Notes: generated from the sequence alone by a model not told the origin. A DNA stretch of 64,000 nt from an uncultured Nitrospinota bacterium (GCA_963707985.1 CAVPRW010000017.1:192001-256000); one strand, 5' to 3'. Positions 21,281 through 34,051 are shown, counted from the stretch's first letter. Program-made: numbers and translations.

Positions 21281-21614
21281 CTAGCCGCCCAGCCCGTCGC
21301 GGCGTTCGGCCAGCAAGTTGGCGTACGCGTCGAGTTCGGTGGTAATGCTATCGCAGAGGGTCTGCAACTGGGAGCCTGCCTTGCCCCTGATGTTCCAGGA
21401 GGACCTAAGCTCCTCCACGTACTCTACGGCCTCGACCCGACTCTCCTCACCGGCACTCACCGCGCCAGTGCCTTGCTTGATGAGCCAGATGGGCATTTTG
21501 GCAGTCTGTTGTGTGGGATGGACTTCTACGCCCGGCGGGGGCGGTATCAGGATCAGGCGGGTGACCTGAGCGTTATTGCAGGTGATAATGACCTGAAATT
21601 GGTTGCCAGCACAT
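21281..21614 (-). CDS. Hypothetical protein (probable 5' frameshift)
   Basis: Open frame GNQFQVIITCNNAQVTRLILIPPP...ERRDGLGG*; no homology recognised. Confidence 0.3.
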
Positions 21615-21645
21615 ATCCAATGCGAGTCAAGAGGGAGGTTGCGCT

Positions 21646-21905
21646 CTACCGCCAGGTCAAGGGCTTCGTCCGCAGCGGGAGCCGAGCGACGAGCCCATTT
21701 CCAATGGCAGATGCCATGGCTGCCGTCCTGCTCCTGACCCCGATCTTGTTGAAAATATTCCCTACATGACGCGTAACAGTCCGAGGGCTCAGGAGCAGAT
21801 TGTCACCGATCTCTCGGTTTGCTGCACCCGTGAGCGATCAGAACAAGCATATCTACCTCCAACTTGCTGAGACGGTCTGAATAGGCGGCACCCGGCTGCG
21901 ATGGT
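21646..21905 (-). pseudogene. LuxR-type HTH C-terminal remnant
   Basis: Hand translation: LSKLEVDMLVLIAHGCS/NREIGDNLLLSPRTVTRHVGNIFNKIGVRSRTAA..GLV. Confidence 0.7.
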
Positions 21906-21911
21906 GAAGGC

Positions 21912-22700
21912 AAGGAGCTGGGCCTTGATCTCCCCTATCACGAGCAGTATTTGATCTGGCTATGGCAGATGGTCAGCCTCAACCCCGGTTACTCGATCTT
22001 CACCAGCGAGCCCATTCCAGTGGCCCTGAAAAAGTCTATCCCCGTCACCGTCGAGCTGGCCCTCTTGGCCATGATCTTGGGGCTGGTCATCGCCATCCCG
22101 CTCGGGGTGCTCTCGGCCACGCGACAGGACAAACCCTCAGATTATGTGGGGCGGCTGGTGGCCATCTCTGGCCTATCATTGCCTGATTTCTGGCTCGGGA
22201 CGTTGGTCATCACCTTCGCGGCCATCTGGTTTAGCTGGATTCCTCCCTTGGGTTATGCCAGTGTATGGGAGTCGCCATGGACAAATCTCCAACAATTCCT
22301 GTTGCCGGCTGCGGTGCTGGGTTTCCGCCTGTCAGCGGCGACTATGCGTATGACGCGCTCGACCCTCTTAGAGGTGCTGCGGGAGGACTACGTGCGCACA
22401 GCCTGGTCCAAGGGTCTAGGAGAACGGGTGATCATCTACAAACATGCGCTCAAAAACGCGCTCATCCCTGTCGTGACCATTGTCGGTGGGCAATTGGGAA
22501 CGCTTCTGGCCGGCACGGTGATCGTCGAGACGATCTTCGCGCTGCCGGGGATGGGTCGGCTGACCGTTGAAGCGATTCTGTATCGCGATTATCCTATTGT
22601 GCAGACCAACGTCATGTTGGTGGCGGGGACCCTCGTCATGCTGAACTTGCTGGTGGATCTCACCTATGCGTGGCTGGACCCGCGGATTCATTATCAATGA
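21912..22700 (+). pseudogene. Peptide/nickel ABC permease (DppB-like), 5' truncated
   Basis: Begins KELGLDLPYHEQY with an in-frame TAG just upstream; EDYVRTA.SKG, HALKNA, LDPRI. Confidence 0.75.
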
Positions 22701-22817
22701 AGATATCGAAGCATCGAGACAGCAGAGCATGAAGCATGTATACTTGCTGCCATTCTCCTGTCTTGATGCTTTGGTGCCTGATCTCGTGTCTTGATCCCGT
22801 GATACCTGAGGATCATC

Positions 22818-23720
22818 ATGGCCACAGCGACGGCAGACATCTCCACGTTCGAAGAACAGATGACCGCTCCACTGAGCCGGCGCCAGGCGGCGTGGAGCGT
22901 CATCAAACGGAAACCGCTGGGGATCGTCTCAGCTGCTCTCATTGCACTGCTCGTGTTCACGGGGCTCTTTGCCAATGTTCTAGCACCCTATGATCCTCTA
23001 TTGGCCCAACCGGAGATCCGTTTGGCTCGACCGAGCTGGGAACATCCGTTCGGGACCGATGACATCGGCCGCGATGTCCTGAGCCGCGTCATCTATGGTA
23101 GCCGTATCTCGTTGTGGGTGGGGCTGCTCGCCGTTGGGATCGGTACCTTTGCGGGCATGATCATCGGGCTTGTTTCGGGCTACTGGGAAGGATGGCTTGA
23201 TCTTGGGCTCCAGCGCGCCATGGATGCTCTCATGGCGATTCCAGCCCTGATTCTCGCGTTGGCAATCGTTTCGGTGTTGACGCCCAGTACGACGAACGCC
23301 ATGCTGGCAATTGCCGTGGTGATCATCCCGGGCAACTCACGCATCGTTCGTGGGGCGGTGCTCTCGGCCAAACAGAACCCATACGTCGAGGCGGCGCAAG
23401 CTCTTGGCTGCCGTCATCTGCGCATCATCGCCAGGCATATTCTCCCCAACGTCACCGCGCCAATACTCATCATCGCGTCGATCTGGCTGGGAAATGCCAT
23501 CCTGATCGAAGCGTCTTTGAGCTTCCTCGGCCTGGGCACCCAACCTCCCACGCCGTCGTGGGGTTTGATGCTGAGCAGCACCGGACGAGCATTTATGGAA
23601 CAGGCCCCCTGGCTCGCGATCTTTCCAGGCCTCGCCATTAGTCTGGCCGTGATGGGCTTTAATCTCTTTGGGGATACGCTGCGCGATGCGTGGGACCCCA
23701 AACTCCGCCGCAGGGGCTAA
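22818..23720 (+). CDS. Peptide/nickel ABC permease (DppC-like)
   Basis: HPFGTDDIGRD, YVEAAQALG, HILPN, PSWG, GDTLRD. Confidence 0.92.
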   Translation: MATATADISTFEEQMTAPLSRRQAAWSVIKRKPLGIVSAALIALLVFTGLFANVLAPYDPLLAQPEIRLARPSWEHPFGTDDIGRDVLSRVIYGSRISLWVGLLAVGIGTFAGMIIGLVSGYWEGWLDLGLQRAMDALMAIPALILALAIVSVLTPSTTNAMLAIAVVIIPGNSRIVRGAVLSAKQNPYVEAAQALGCRHLRIIARHILPNVTAPILIIASIWLGNAILIEASLSFLGLGTQPPTPSWGLMLSSTGRAFMEQAPWLAIFPGLAISLAVMGFNLFGDTLRDAWDPKLRRRG

Positions 23721-23811
23721 CGCACCAGTTCTTTCAGCCTTCGCTCATCGTGGTTTTTGATGGCGAAACCTGTAGGCAGGGGGTACACGGGAGCGGTGAG
23801 ATAGAATAGAC

Positions 23812-23922
23812 GGTTCTGTCGCAAACTGACTTTTTCGAGAATTTCGTGGTCTGCAAGCCTCTGAATTCCTGCATACCCGATGTTCAGATATTGCCCTGAA
23901 AATCGAAATCTGCGACAGAACC
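23812..23922. mobile_element. IS6-like MITE copy A (111 bp)
   Basis: TIR GGTTCTGTCGCA...TGCGACAGAACC; no ORF. Confidence 0.7.
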
Positions 23923-23925
23923 TGA

Positions 23926-24219
23926 TTACGCCGGCGGAAAAATCAGGGCCTCCGCCTCGTGCGGGGACAGCTGGGGCAAGAGATAGTAACCCGTCCGGGT
24001 CAAGCGCTGTCCTAATGCCTCGTCCATGGCGAGCTCGACAATCACATGCTTCACCTCATGTGAGGGCTGCTCGCGGTTGAACTCCGGCGGCAGGGTACTC
24101 AGGTAGCGCAGGTCCTGGCCCTCGATCCGGCGCTCCAATGCGTCAAGCGAGACACGCCGGCCGAAATCGATCAAGTTCTGGGGATAGGATCCATCCTTGA
24201 CATAGTACACCTTGGCCAT
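23926..24219 (-). CDS. Hypothetical 97-aa protein between two MITEs
   Basis: MAKVYYVKDG...; strong RBS AGGAGGGAG; protein-like composition. Confidence 0.7.
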   Translation of the reverse strand: MAKVYYVKDGSYPQNLIDFGRRVSLDALERRIEGQDLRYLSTLPPEFNREQPSHEVKHVIVELAMDEALGQRLTRTGYYLLPQLSPHEAEALIFPPA

Positions 24220-24250
24220 GACTCCCTCCTGGGGCTGTGGGTGTCGCGGG

Positions 24251-24358
24251 GGTTCTGTCGCACATTCGCGTTTTCGAGGTTTTGGAGATTGTCAGTCCTT
24301 GAATTGCTGTACGAGATGTTCGGAGTTTGCCCCCAAAATCGAAATGTGCGACAGAACC
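24251..24358. mobile_element. IS6-like MITE copy B (108 bp)
   Basis: 16-bp TIR GGTTCTGTCGCACATT; internal similarity to copy A (GATGTTC.GA..TTGCCC..AAAATCGAAAT.TGCGACAGAACC). Confidence 0.7.
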
Positions 24359-24370
24359 ACATAACCTAGC

Positions 24371-26029
<1,659 letters not shown>

Positions 26030-26310
26030 TCAGCATGACATATCGTTTGACATCCACCTTCTCCAGAGCCACCAAGACATGCTCTATCGAGGACTACTCC
26101 CCTCGCCTTTTGAGGCGGGGTGACCGACTGACTCGAGGTAGTGCCCCCACGGTTCTGTGAGGGGCGAGAGCTCGATGTCGATGCGTTCCAGGCTGGCCTT
26201 ACTTCCAACGGCACGCCATATGGTCGTCCAGTTACTCCACACCACAGCTCCCGAGCTCACCGACGCCCGGGGCGCGCCACTCGAAGAGCTGCAGACGCTC
26301 TTCAAGACGG

Positions 26311-26541
26311 TTACTTTGCAGCCGTGACGGGCGCCGAGGGGTAGGGCGGCGTCGGCCGCTGGTACTGCTGTTCCAAGTCCCGCAAGCCGCGGGCAATGGC
26401 CAAGCGCAGCACGGCCGTACGCGTCGGCATGCCCAAGGCTCGGACTTCGGGATCCGCGGCCATGACATCGATGAGGGCATCCGCGCGTTCGAGCAGATCC
26501 TGGGTCAACCGCAGTTGTGTGGGAGTCTTCGCGGGGTTCAT
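26311..26541 (-). CDS. Small ribbon-helix-helix-like protein
   Basis: PTQLRLTQDLLERADAL...TRTAVLRLAIARGL; RBS CAGGAGG. Confidence 0.55.
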   Translation of the reverse strand: MNPAKTPTQLRLTQDLLERADALIDVMAADPEVRALGMPTRTAVLRLAIARGLRDLEQQYQRPTPPYPSAPVTAAK

Positions 26542-28013
26542 CGCATCCTCCTGAGCACTACAGACATACTGTTAATAGCATGATATTTGTACTACTCTCC
26601 AATATACTACAGAAACCCTTATAAGCAATACATAGCAAATAAAAAATATCTAAACACAGCGAGCACGTTCTGGAGCTGAATAACTGTTATTCCCATAACT
26701 ATTATTGATATGTAACGATCGTTCTTCAGGACTAGGGTTCAAGTCAGAACCATCACGGGTACCATCTTTTCCGAACCATCCCATCGTCACTCTGGAGCCA
26801 CCTTTGGCCTCTCTCGTTCGTGGCAGCTCAGAGGGGAAGGGAGAGCATGCTGAGGCAGCAGCTTATGAGGGCCGTGGATAGCGGCATGGGCATAGTAGAC
26901 CTCGGCGAGTGCCCTTTCACATGGCGGTTTGTGAGTCTTGGTCTTGGCGGTCGGCATCGTCCATGTGCGAAATGGGCGGTGCCTGAGAATGCGCTGAGCT
27001 AGGAACTGCCAGAACATGGGCTTGCCCTCCCTCAACATCATGGCGTCTAGCTTCCGGGACGCCGTAGATAGCCTGCCTATGCCTCTGTGTGATTTTGCGT
27101 TGTGCACCGTAGGGACGGCCTTTCGCCCAGAGTGTGTAGTGGTCTGACCCAAGCGGCGCATGCGGCCCCAAGACGGCGAGAATCCCTCGCCGCAGCGTGG
27201 AAAGGCTGCGCATCGCGAGGACCCGCCTAGATGTCCCGGCACTAGGCCAAGTCGCGTGCAGATGACTTCGATTGATATGAATGGCGAAGGCCCGCCAGCT
27301 CTGCTGGTGTACCGCAGTATGAGAACCATGCGACGCCTCATGGTGGACAGGCACCGCTGGTGGGGGAGGTGCGAAGGTGGTGGGAGGGTGGATGTGCATG
27401 ACTGCGCAGTGGCCAGTGGTTCAGCGCGAGAGACTGCCAATCTGGTATGCATTGACGCCCCGGCGGCGTGATGTGCAGAGATGACCATAGTGGTTGTATT
27501 TGACCACTACAGCGGCTCGGCGATCACCACCGCTGATTCAGGCTCATTGCCGCGTGCCGTTCTACGACTTTGGTCGGCTGATGCCGATCTGCGGTGAAGA
27601 TGCCGTGAACAGAAGGGCAAGTTACGTTCATTCTGGCCTCTCATCAGCCACGGCCCCCCTTGCAGCCTATGGAGCCAGGACCTCAGACGTCGTGCACAGG
27701 CGAAGTTACCCCAAGGAGGTTGTGTTGTCTGTCCTCTGCTGCTGAAACATGACAGAGGCACCACACGGGGGCGAGATACAATCGTGACGATGACACCATG
27801 GTGGTGTGCAGATGTACAAAGCACTCCTTGAACATATATACTAGGGTGCAGGTGTCCATAAGTTAATAATTGTCGAGAAGTTACCCAGGCTCCGGGCTGA
27901 TGGTGTTTCGAGCGAGGCCGGCTCCCGCGGCTCTGTCCCGAGCCCCTGTCGGCGCCCCGGAAACCCTTCTCAGCATGGCCACTGTACCGGCCTGATCCGC
28001 AAGGAGGTGTTAG

Positions 28014-29610
28014 ATGTTGGACCATCCCTCGCCCATCGAAACGTCCCTCACACGCCGTCGCTGGCTGCAGGCTTCCCTGGGTGGCGCCGCTGGCCTGATC
28101 GCCTGGCATCAGGGTTGGCCGCGTGCCCAGCAGGGCTGCCGCCCAGAAGAACACTCCCAGCGGCCAGATGACCTGGGCCATCCACGTCACCCTCGCGCCC
28201 ATCTGGTTGGATCCGTCAGAGACCCTCGCCCTCGCGACCCCGTATATGCTGCTGTATGCGGTACACGACGCCCTCCTCAAGCCCATGCCTGACAACTCGA
28301 TGTCCCCCTCACTCGCCACCAAGTGGAGCGAGAGTGAGGACGGCCGGACGTATGACTTCGAGTTGCGGCAGGGCGTGACGTTTCACAACGGCGACCCGTT
28401 TACCGCCGAAGACGTCCAATTCACCTTCGAGCGCTACAAAGGGGCCAGCGCCGGGGAGTTGAAGCAGAAGGTCAAGGCGGTTGAGATTGTCAACGCTCAC
28501 CACGTCCGCTTCCACCTGCATGAGCCCTGGCCTGATTTCACGACCTTCTACGGCACTATGGCCACCGGCGTGGGCTGGATTGTACCCAAGAAATACATCG
28601 AGAAAATCGGGACCGACGCCTTCAAGAATCACCCTGTTGGGCTCGGTCCCTATCGCCTGATCAGCCACCAGCCAGGGATAGAAGTCGTCCTGGAGGCGAA
28701 CACGGACTACTGGCGGAAGACGCCGCATGTCAAACGTCTGGTGATGAAGAGTGTCCCTGAGGCGACCACACGCCTGGCCATGCTGAAACATCAGGAAGCC
28801 GACGTGGCCTACGGGATTTTTGGCACGCTGGCCGAGGAAGTGCGTCGGGACTCGAACCTGAAGCTGGAAGCGTTGCGCGGACAGGCGACGCAGTGGGTGA
28901 GCTTCGTCGACCAATATGACGCCAAGTCCCCCTGGTCGGACAGACGGGTACGTCTGGCGGCCAACCATGCGGTCAACTGGCTGGCCATCAATGAGGCCGA
29001 GAACCTTGGGCTGGCGTCCCTGATCGGAGGCATTATCCCGCGCAAGTTTGCCTATACGCTGCCATTGGAACCATACGGCTACGACCTCAAGAAGGCGCAG
29101 CAATTGCTCAAAGACGCCGGCTATGCCAACGGCTTTGACGCCGGCGAGTGCAGCACCGACACGCCGTATGCGACCGTCATCGAATCGATCGTCAATGATC
29201 TCGCTGCTGTGGGTATTCGGGCCAAGGCACGCTCCATGGAGCGTGCCGCCATCCTGACGGCGCAAAAAGAGAAGACAGTGAAGAACCTGACGCGCCAGGG
29301 CAGTGGAGCGTTTGGCAATGCCGCCACTCGCATCGAGGCCTACATATACAGTCAGGGAGCCCAGTCATTTCTGCGCGACGCTGACATTGACGCCTGGTAC
29401 ACACAGCAGATTACCGAGCGCGACCCGCAGAAACGCCAGGCTTGGCTGCATAAGATCCAGCAGAAAGTGTACGACGAGGCGCGCTTTATGCCGATCTGGG
29501 AGAACGCCTTCTTGTGTGCCTCAGGGCCACGGGTGGCGGTATCAGGGCTGCATGCGGATTCGTTCGCCTATTCCGCGCCTTACGAGGATGTGCGGTTAAA
29601 GTCCGCCTAA
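28014..29610 (+). CDS. Peptide ABC substrate-binding protein, family 5, Tat-exported (frameshift ~28120)
   Basis: LTRRRWLQ signal; LRQGVTFHNGDPFTAEDV, PVGLGPY. Confidence 0.88.
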
Positions 29611-29749
29611 GAATGAGGTCACACCGCACATAGGTGTGCGTCAGGAAGTGGGGCACCGGAGGTATGAATAACGGCATATCACCGTGAGCTCCCAGCTGTC
29701 GGTTGCTCAAGGGGACGCCTCTGATGGCTGTGTGGCATCAACGCAGCCA

Positions 29750-30526
29750 TCAAGGCGTCTCGAAGGCCTTCCCATACACCATTTCGTAGCCTTCTGTCTC
29801 ATACAAGCGGCGAAACAGCGCCAATCCATATCGCTCAAGGAGGAATTCCACGAACGACCCGGCGAGAATATACGCGGTCTGTTCTTCCATACCAGTGCCC
29901 AATGGGCGCGGCGTCCGCACCCTATTTAATACTTCTAAAGAGTGAACTCCCGACAGGCCCTGGACAGCCAAATGCCCCAAGTCCTCGCCAAAGTTGGGAA
30001 AGGCAGGATTGCCTGCCAGTGCGGCATGCAGGTAGACGGTTAGCCCCTCCGCCAGAAAGCGGTTATTGTGCGGCGCATAAATATGGACGATCTCATGCAA
30101 CAAGGCCCCACTGTGCTCCCGCGTTCTCCGCAAGGGCATCTCGATTGAGCCTCTGTTTCCGAAATGGCCCGGCACCAGGGCTCTGCTAATGAGGTACGCG
30201 CTGCTGACGTGAATCCGAATGGATGCACTCCACGTCGCCCCCGAGAAACCTTCGACCTTCTGCCGTTCCCGAACGGCATAGCGACAGTACGCTTCCGCTT
30301 CGGGACGCGTCAGCTCGTCTGAGAGGACCCGCATCCCGTCACACGTGAACGGTCCCCTCAGAACACCCGCACACTGCGCAACAAAAACCGACATCACGAC
30401 CGCAGAGAAAGCACACAGGAGCCACGCTTTTGGAGCATTAGTCGCGCCCAACAGAGGGACGTCACGCGACGGAGGATGGGAGCGCTGCCCCATGTTCGCT
30501 CTCAACAGAAAAGGCGCGGTCCACAA
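29750..30526 (-). CDS. Putative zincin metallopeptidase-like protein
   Basis: LLHEIVH...FLAEGL...AYILAGSFVEFL; start uncertain. Confidence 0.6.
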   Translation of the reverse strand: MWTAPFLLRANMGQRSHPPSRDVPLLGATNAPKAWLLCAFSAVVMSVFVAQCAGVLRGPFTCDGMRVLSDELTRPEAEAYCRYAVRERQKVEGFSGATWSASIRIHVSSAYLISRALVPGHFGNRGSIEMPLRRTREHSGALLHEIVHIYAPHNNRFLAEGLTVYLHAALAGNPAFPNFGEDLGHLAVQGLSGVHSLEVLNRVRTPRPLGTGMEEQTAYILAGSFVEFLLERYGLALFRRLYETEGYEMVYGKAFETP

Positions 30527-30613
30527 CCGCGAGCCCTGCGACGGGAATACGCTGGGACGACGTGAGGGAGTACCTCATGAGCTCGCAAGCGTCCTCGTCC
30601 GATGGCAGCGACG

Positions 30614-31606
30614 TCATTGGATGACCGTGTCCGCTTGAAAGAGGATGAACGGAGAGATCGTCACGCCGAGTGCCTTCGCGGTCTTGAGGTTAACGACGAG
30701 CTCGAATTGCATGGGTTGCTCCACCGGTAAGTCGGCTGGCTTCGCGCCCTTGAGAATTTTGTCGACATACGTCGCGGCGCGTTGCCAGAGGTGGGAACGA
30801 CTTGGCCCATAGGCCATGAAGCCACCAGCCTCCGCAAATCCCCGTTGCCAGAATATCGCCGGTAACCCATGCTTGAGCGCGAGTGCGGCGATTTGTCGTT
30901 GGTGGTACGAAAGGAACACGGAGGGCAGCACGAGGAGCGCGCCGGCGCCCTTGCTGATGGCGGCCTCGAAGGCGGGCGCGAAACGGTCAGGATGTCCCAC
31001 CACCAGGAGTTGCGTGGATACACCGAACGCCTGGGCCGCGCGCTCTATTTCGTGGACCATGCGCCCGGTCGTCGAGTTCGCCAGACCGGCGAGGACCGCT
31101 ATCCGTGTGACCCCTGGAACAGCCTCCTTGAGGAGCTCCAGCAGTTTGCCGCTTAACTCTGGCACTACGCCGCCCACCCCGGTGATGTTGCCACCCGGCC
31201 GAGCCAGGTCGGCGACGAAGCCCTCGTCCACGGGATCGCTGACCGATAGCATGACGATGGGAATGATGGTGGTCGCGCGCTGCGCCGCGTGGATCGCGGG
31301 TGAGGCCGAAACAACGATGACATCCACGGGCAGACGCACGAGCTCGGCCGCCAGCGAGGATAATCGGCTGGGCTGCCCATTCGCCCAGCGATACTCCAGC
31401 ACGAGGTTCTGCCCCTCCAGCCAGCCAAGTGTGCGCAGATTCTGCAAGAGTGGCGAGTAGACCTTCCAATCAGGCGAGGCCGGAGGGGCGCCGAGCTCGA
31501 GCACACCGATCCTGGGCATCTTCCCCGGCGGCGCCTCGGCGGCGAGCGGTGCCACGAGAAGGCTGAGGGCGAGGGTGATGATGAACCCGATGGTGCGGCG
31601 CGTCAT
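30614..31606 (-). CDS. ABC transporter substrate-binding protein (ABC_sub_bind type)
   Basis: LARPGGNITG, YVDKILKGAKPADLPVEQP, NLKTAKALG. Confidence 0.9.
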   Translation of the reverse strand: MTRRTIGFIITLALSLLVAPLAAEAPPGKMPRIGVLELGAPPASPDWKVYSPLLQNLRTLGWLEGQNLVLEYRWANGQPSRLSSLAAELVRLPVDVIVVSASPAIHAAQRATTIIPIVMLSVSDPVDEGFVADLARPGGNITGVGGVVPELSGKLLELLKEAVPGVTRIAVLAGLANSTTGRMVHEIERAAQAFGVSTQLLVVGHPDRFAPAFEAAISKGAGALLVLPSVFLSYHQRQIAALALKHGLPAIFWQRGFAEAGGFMAYGPSRSHLWQRAATYVDKILKGAKPADLPVEQPMQFELVVNLKTAKALGVTISPFILFQADTVIQ

Positions 31607-32193
31607 GGTCGCCTCCTACATTCACGGATGTGTAGGGGGCATTCTACGCGCCACACGCCAGAGAGGGAAATCAAATGTTGCAGATTCAATCGGTCACCTC
31701 CGTGGAGACGATCTGCGAATACACCTCCCGCGGGCGTTGAGCATCCTGTACAATTTATAGCAAATGCGCCGATGCACGCATGTGGTCAGGAGGAGATGAC
31801 AGGATCGACCGACATCCCTCACACCGGGGGATGAGGTGGTGTGTGGCGTGATCTTCCTGGGCGAAGAACTTTACGAGACCGGGGTGATCCTTCCGGCGTT
31901 GCGCGCAGGCCAGCGGGGGATGTGGGCGTAGACACCGAATTTGGCAGCAACGGCCTTCTCTCCGATGCCCTGCTCAAACCTGTGCGAACTCCGGGCGCAG
32001 GAGGAGGCCACGCGCCTGGTCGACTGATGCGGATGCTGTGTTACGCCCGCGACACCTCGCCCGGCAGCATTGCCAGCCCACGCTTCGATTTGTAAAAAAC
32101 GTCCCCCACTGGCCCATGGACGGGCACGCGATAGCAGGCTGCCGAGAGGGCCGGGGGACACTTTTTACAAGATGGGTATCGGTGAGCCCTGCC

Positions 32194-32282
32194 GGTAGTG
32201 GGTCAAGTTCATGTCAACAGTCCAGGTGTGGCCCATCTGATTGATCATAGACGCAATGTTAACTCCAAACTGACCCACTACC
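32194..32282. mobile_element. MITE-like element (89 bp)
   Basis: TIR GGTAGTGGGTCA...TGACCCACTACC. Confidence 0.6.
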
Positions 32283-32315
32283 CAGATTCGACATCCCCCA
32301 AGCTCTCCCTTCGCA

Positions 32316-32388
32316 GTCTGACGCCAGGCATCACCTGCTGGCATGGAGCGCTAGCGGAATGCCAGTCAGCTATATGCCGTAGTGAGGT
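32316..32388 (-). other. attC-like site 4
   Basis: ACCTCAC tacggc atatag CTGACTGGCAT tccgctagcgctcc ATGCCAGCAG gtgatgcctggc GTCAGAC. Confidence 0.6.
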
Positions 32389-32405
32389 GCATGACCGCGC
32401 GATCT

Positions 32406-32880
32406 TCAACGTGGGGCCTTGACGAAATTCACCACATCCGTGAGGTCTCGCCCCATCGCATCCGGGGCAACCCCTAGCTCTTCCCCTGGGAGATTGAGGC
32501 GATTGACCCAGAACGTGGGGTACTCAAACCACGTGGCCCCCGCCGCATCCCAACCCGCAAACGCCGCAAAGAGCATGTCCTCGCGCGTGAGCTTCAACGC
32601 GTCGACGGCCATCTGATAGGCCCGAGGATCAGGTTTGTACGCGCGTATCTGATTCGAACGGCCTCGTGCGCCAGGCGTTGCTGAACTCGGCACCCTTCCC
32701 CCGAAAGAGCGTCTCCGCGAGCCGAAAGACCGGTCGGGGATCAACGATCGGAAAGGCATCGAAGGCCATGGCCTTGAACGGTGGCTGTGCAACGGTCTGT
32801 GCCATCAGAAGCGATCGCCAGACACGCGCTGCCACACCTCCAGCAGCAAGCATGAGGAATTCCCGTCGATCGAATGCCAT
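32406..32880 (-). pseudogene. Haloacid dehalogenase type II, internally deleted
   Basis: DRREFL Tat-like signal, AFDAFPIVDP..WRTRPFE joined directly to YKPDPRAY..WDAAGA. Confidence 0.78.
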
Positions 32881-32907
32881 GGCAGCGTCCTTCGAATGGG
32901 TTGAGTC

Positions 32908-32994
32908 AGCGAACGCGTTGACACCTCACGGTCGCGCGCCGTTGCCCATGGAGCGAAGCGCCGTGCGTCAACTGCACCACGGTACTAGTTGGCC
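32908..32994 (-). other. attC-like site 3 (degenerate)
   Basis: GGCCAAC...GTTGACGCACGG...CCGTG..GTGTCAAC..GTTCGCT; contains the SET stop codon; next ATG 27 bp downstream. Confidence 0.45.
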
Positions 32995-33485
32995 CCGTGC
33001 TTCTGGGCCGCCTGTCGTCCTCGGCGTGGCGTTCGCCTCAGTGGTGGCGCCAGCATCGTCCCGCGACAGGTGGCGGCACCGCACCGACAGGCATACCGCC
33101 TTTCCCACTCGGCTGCAGGCCACCTCCCACGCTCTAGTTGGTAATCAAAGGTCAATTCTTCGCCCGCCGCGATCGTGCGCAAGGCTTCAAGATACACCCG
33201 CCTCTGCTCGATCACCGCTTCGCAGTTCGGTTCGCACGAGTGATTGACATAGCGCGCCTCATTGCCCCCCACCCCCGCATCAATGACCGTCCGTCGATCC
33301 ACGGTGAACAAGAGGACGTGCGGCTGCTCACGGCGGTCATCGTCATACCGTGCATCGGCTGCAGACGGGGTGAGCCGCTCGCCGGTATATTCAATAATCC
33401 GCGTCCCTTTGCGGATGCGCCGGGTCGCAAAGACGCCGCGCCCGTGAATGGGGGAAGCCCGAATGTCAAAGCAAGGTGTGCGCAT
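32985..33485 (-). CDS. SET domain protein-lysine methyltransferase
   Basis: IHGRGVFA, NHSCEPN, ELTFDY, post-SET CRCGAATCRG. Confidence 0.9.
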   Translation of the reverse strand: MRTPCFDIRASPIHGRGVFATRRIRKGTRIIEYTGERLTPSAADARYDDDRREQPHVLLFTVDRRTVIDAGVGGNEARYVNHSCEPNCEAVIEQRRVYLEALRTIAAGEELTFDYQLERGRWPAAEWERRYACRCGAATCRGTMLAPPLRRTPRRGRQAAQKHGAN

Positions 33486-33499
33486 ACTCCCAGCTCTTG

Positions 33500-34051
33500 G
33501 TGGTGGACGTCGGCGGCTGGCATCGCGCCAAATCCTCGGTCCGGGTAGTCATAGGTTGCTGTCGCGTCCGACAGAAAGACGACCCGGTAGTTGCGAAACA
33601 TCGCGTCCCGTGCTGTTGCGTGGCAGCAATTCTCGGTGGTCGTCCCCGAGATGATGACGGTATCGACACCCCACTCGCGCAGGATAATGTCCAGGTCCGT
33701 GCCAAAAAAGCCGCTGTAGCGATGCTTCTTGATGACATGCTCACCGGGTGCCGGCGCCAACTCAGGGTAGATGTCCACCCCCGGTGTGCCATCGACTAAC
33801 GCCGCACGATTGGCGATCGGCGGATGCATGTCATCAAAGAGTCCCATATCGCACCCGTCACGGCGGTGCACATGCGCCGTATAGATGACTTTGATTTGGG
33901 CATCGCGGCAGATATTCAGCGCTTCGGCGAGCTTGGGCACCACTGCACGTGCCGCAGGCGTTTCCATCGCAGCGCCCGCAGCCACGAAGTCGTTTTGCAT
34001 ATCGACCACGATCATGGCGGTCTTCTTCGCGTCAATCACGTCAATCTGCAT
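33500..34051 (-). pseudogene. Isochorismatase/cysteine hydrolase, C-terminus lost
   Basis: VVDMQNDF, KHRYSGF, GTTTENCCHATARDA; reads through into the SET gene out of frame. Confidence 0.75.

Noticed and set aside
26730..26765. GGGTTCAAGTC resembling a tRNA T-loop or att site
   Set aside because: No T-stem pairing or cloverleaf.
29660..30500. Possible extra attC remnants around the peptidase gene
   Set aside because: Only isolated GTT/AAC boxes; no convincing stem.
31797..32095. RBS-led frameshifted ORF
   Set aside because: No recognisable homology; cannot be supported as a gene.
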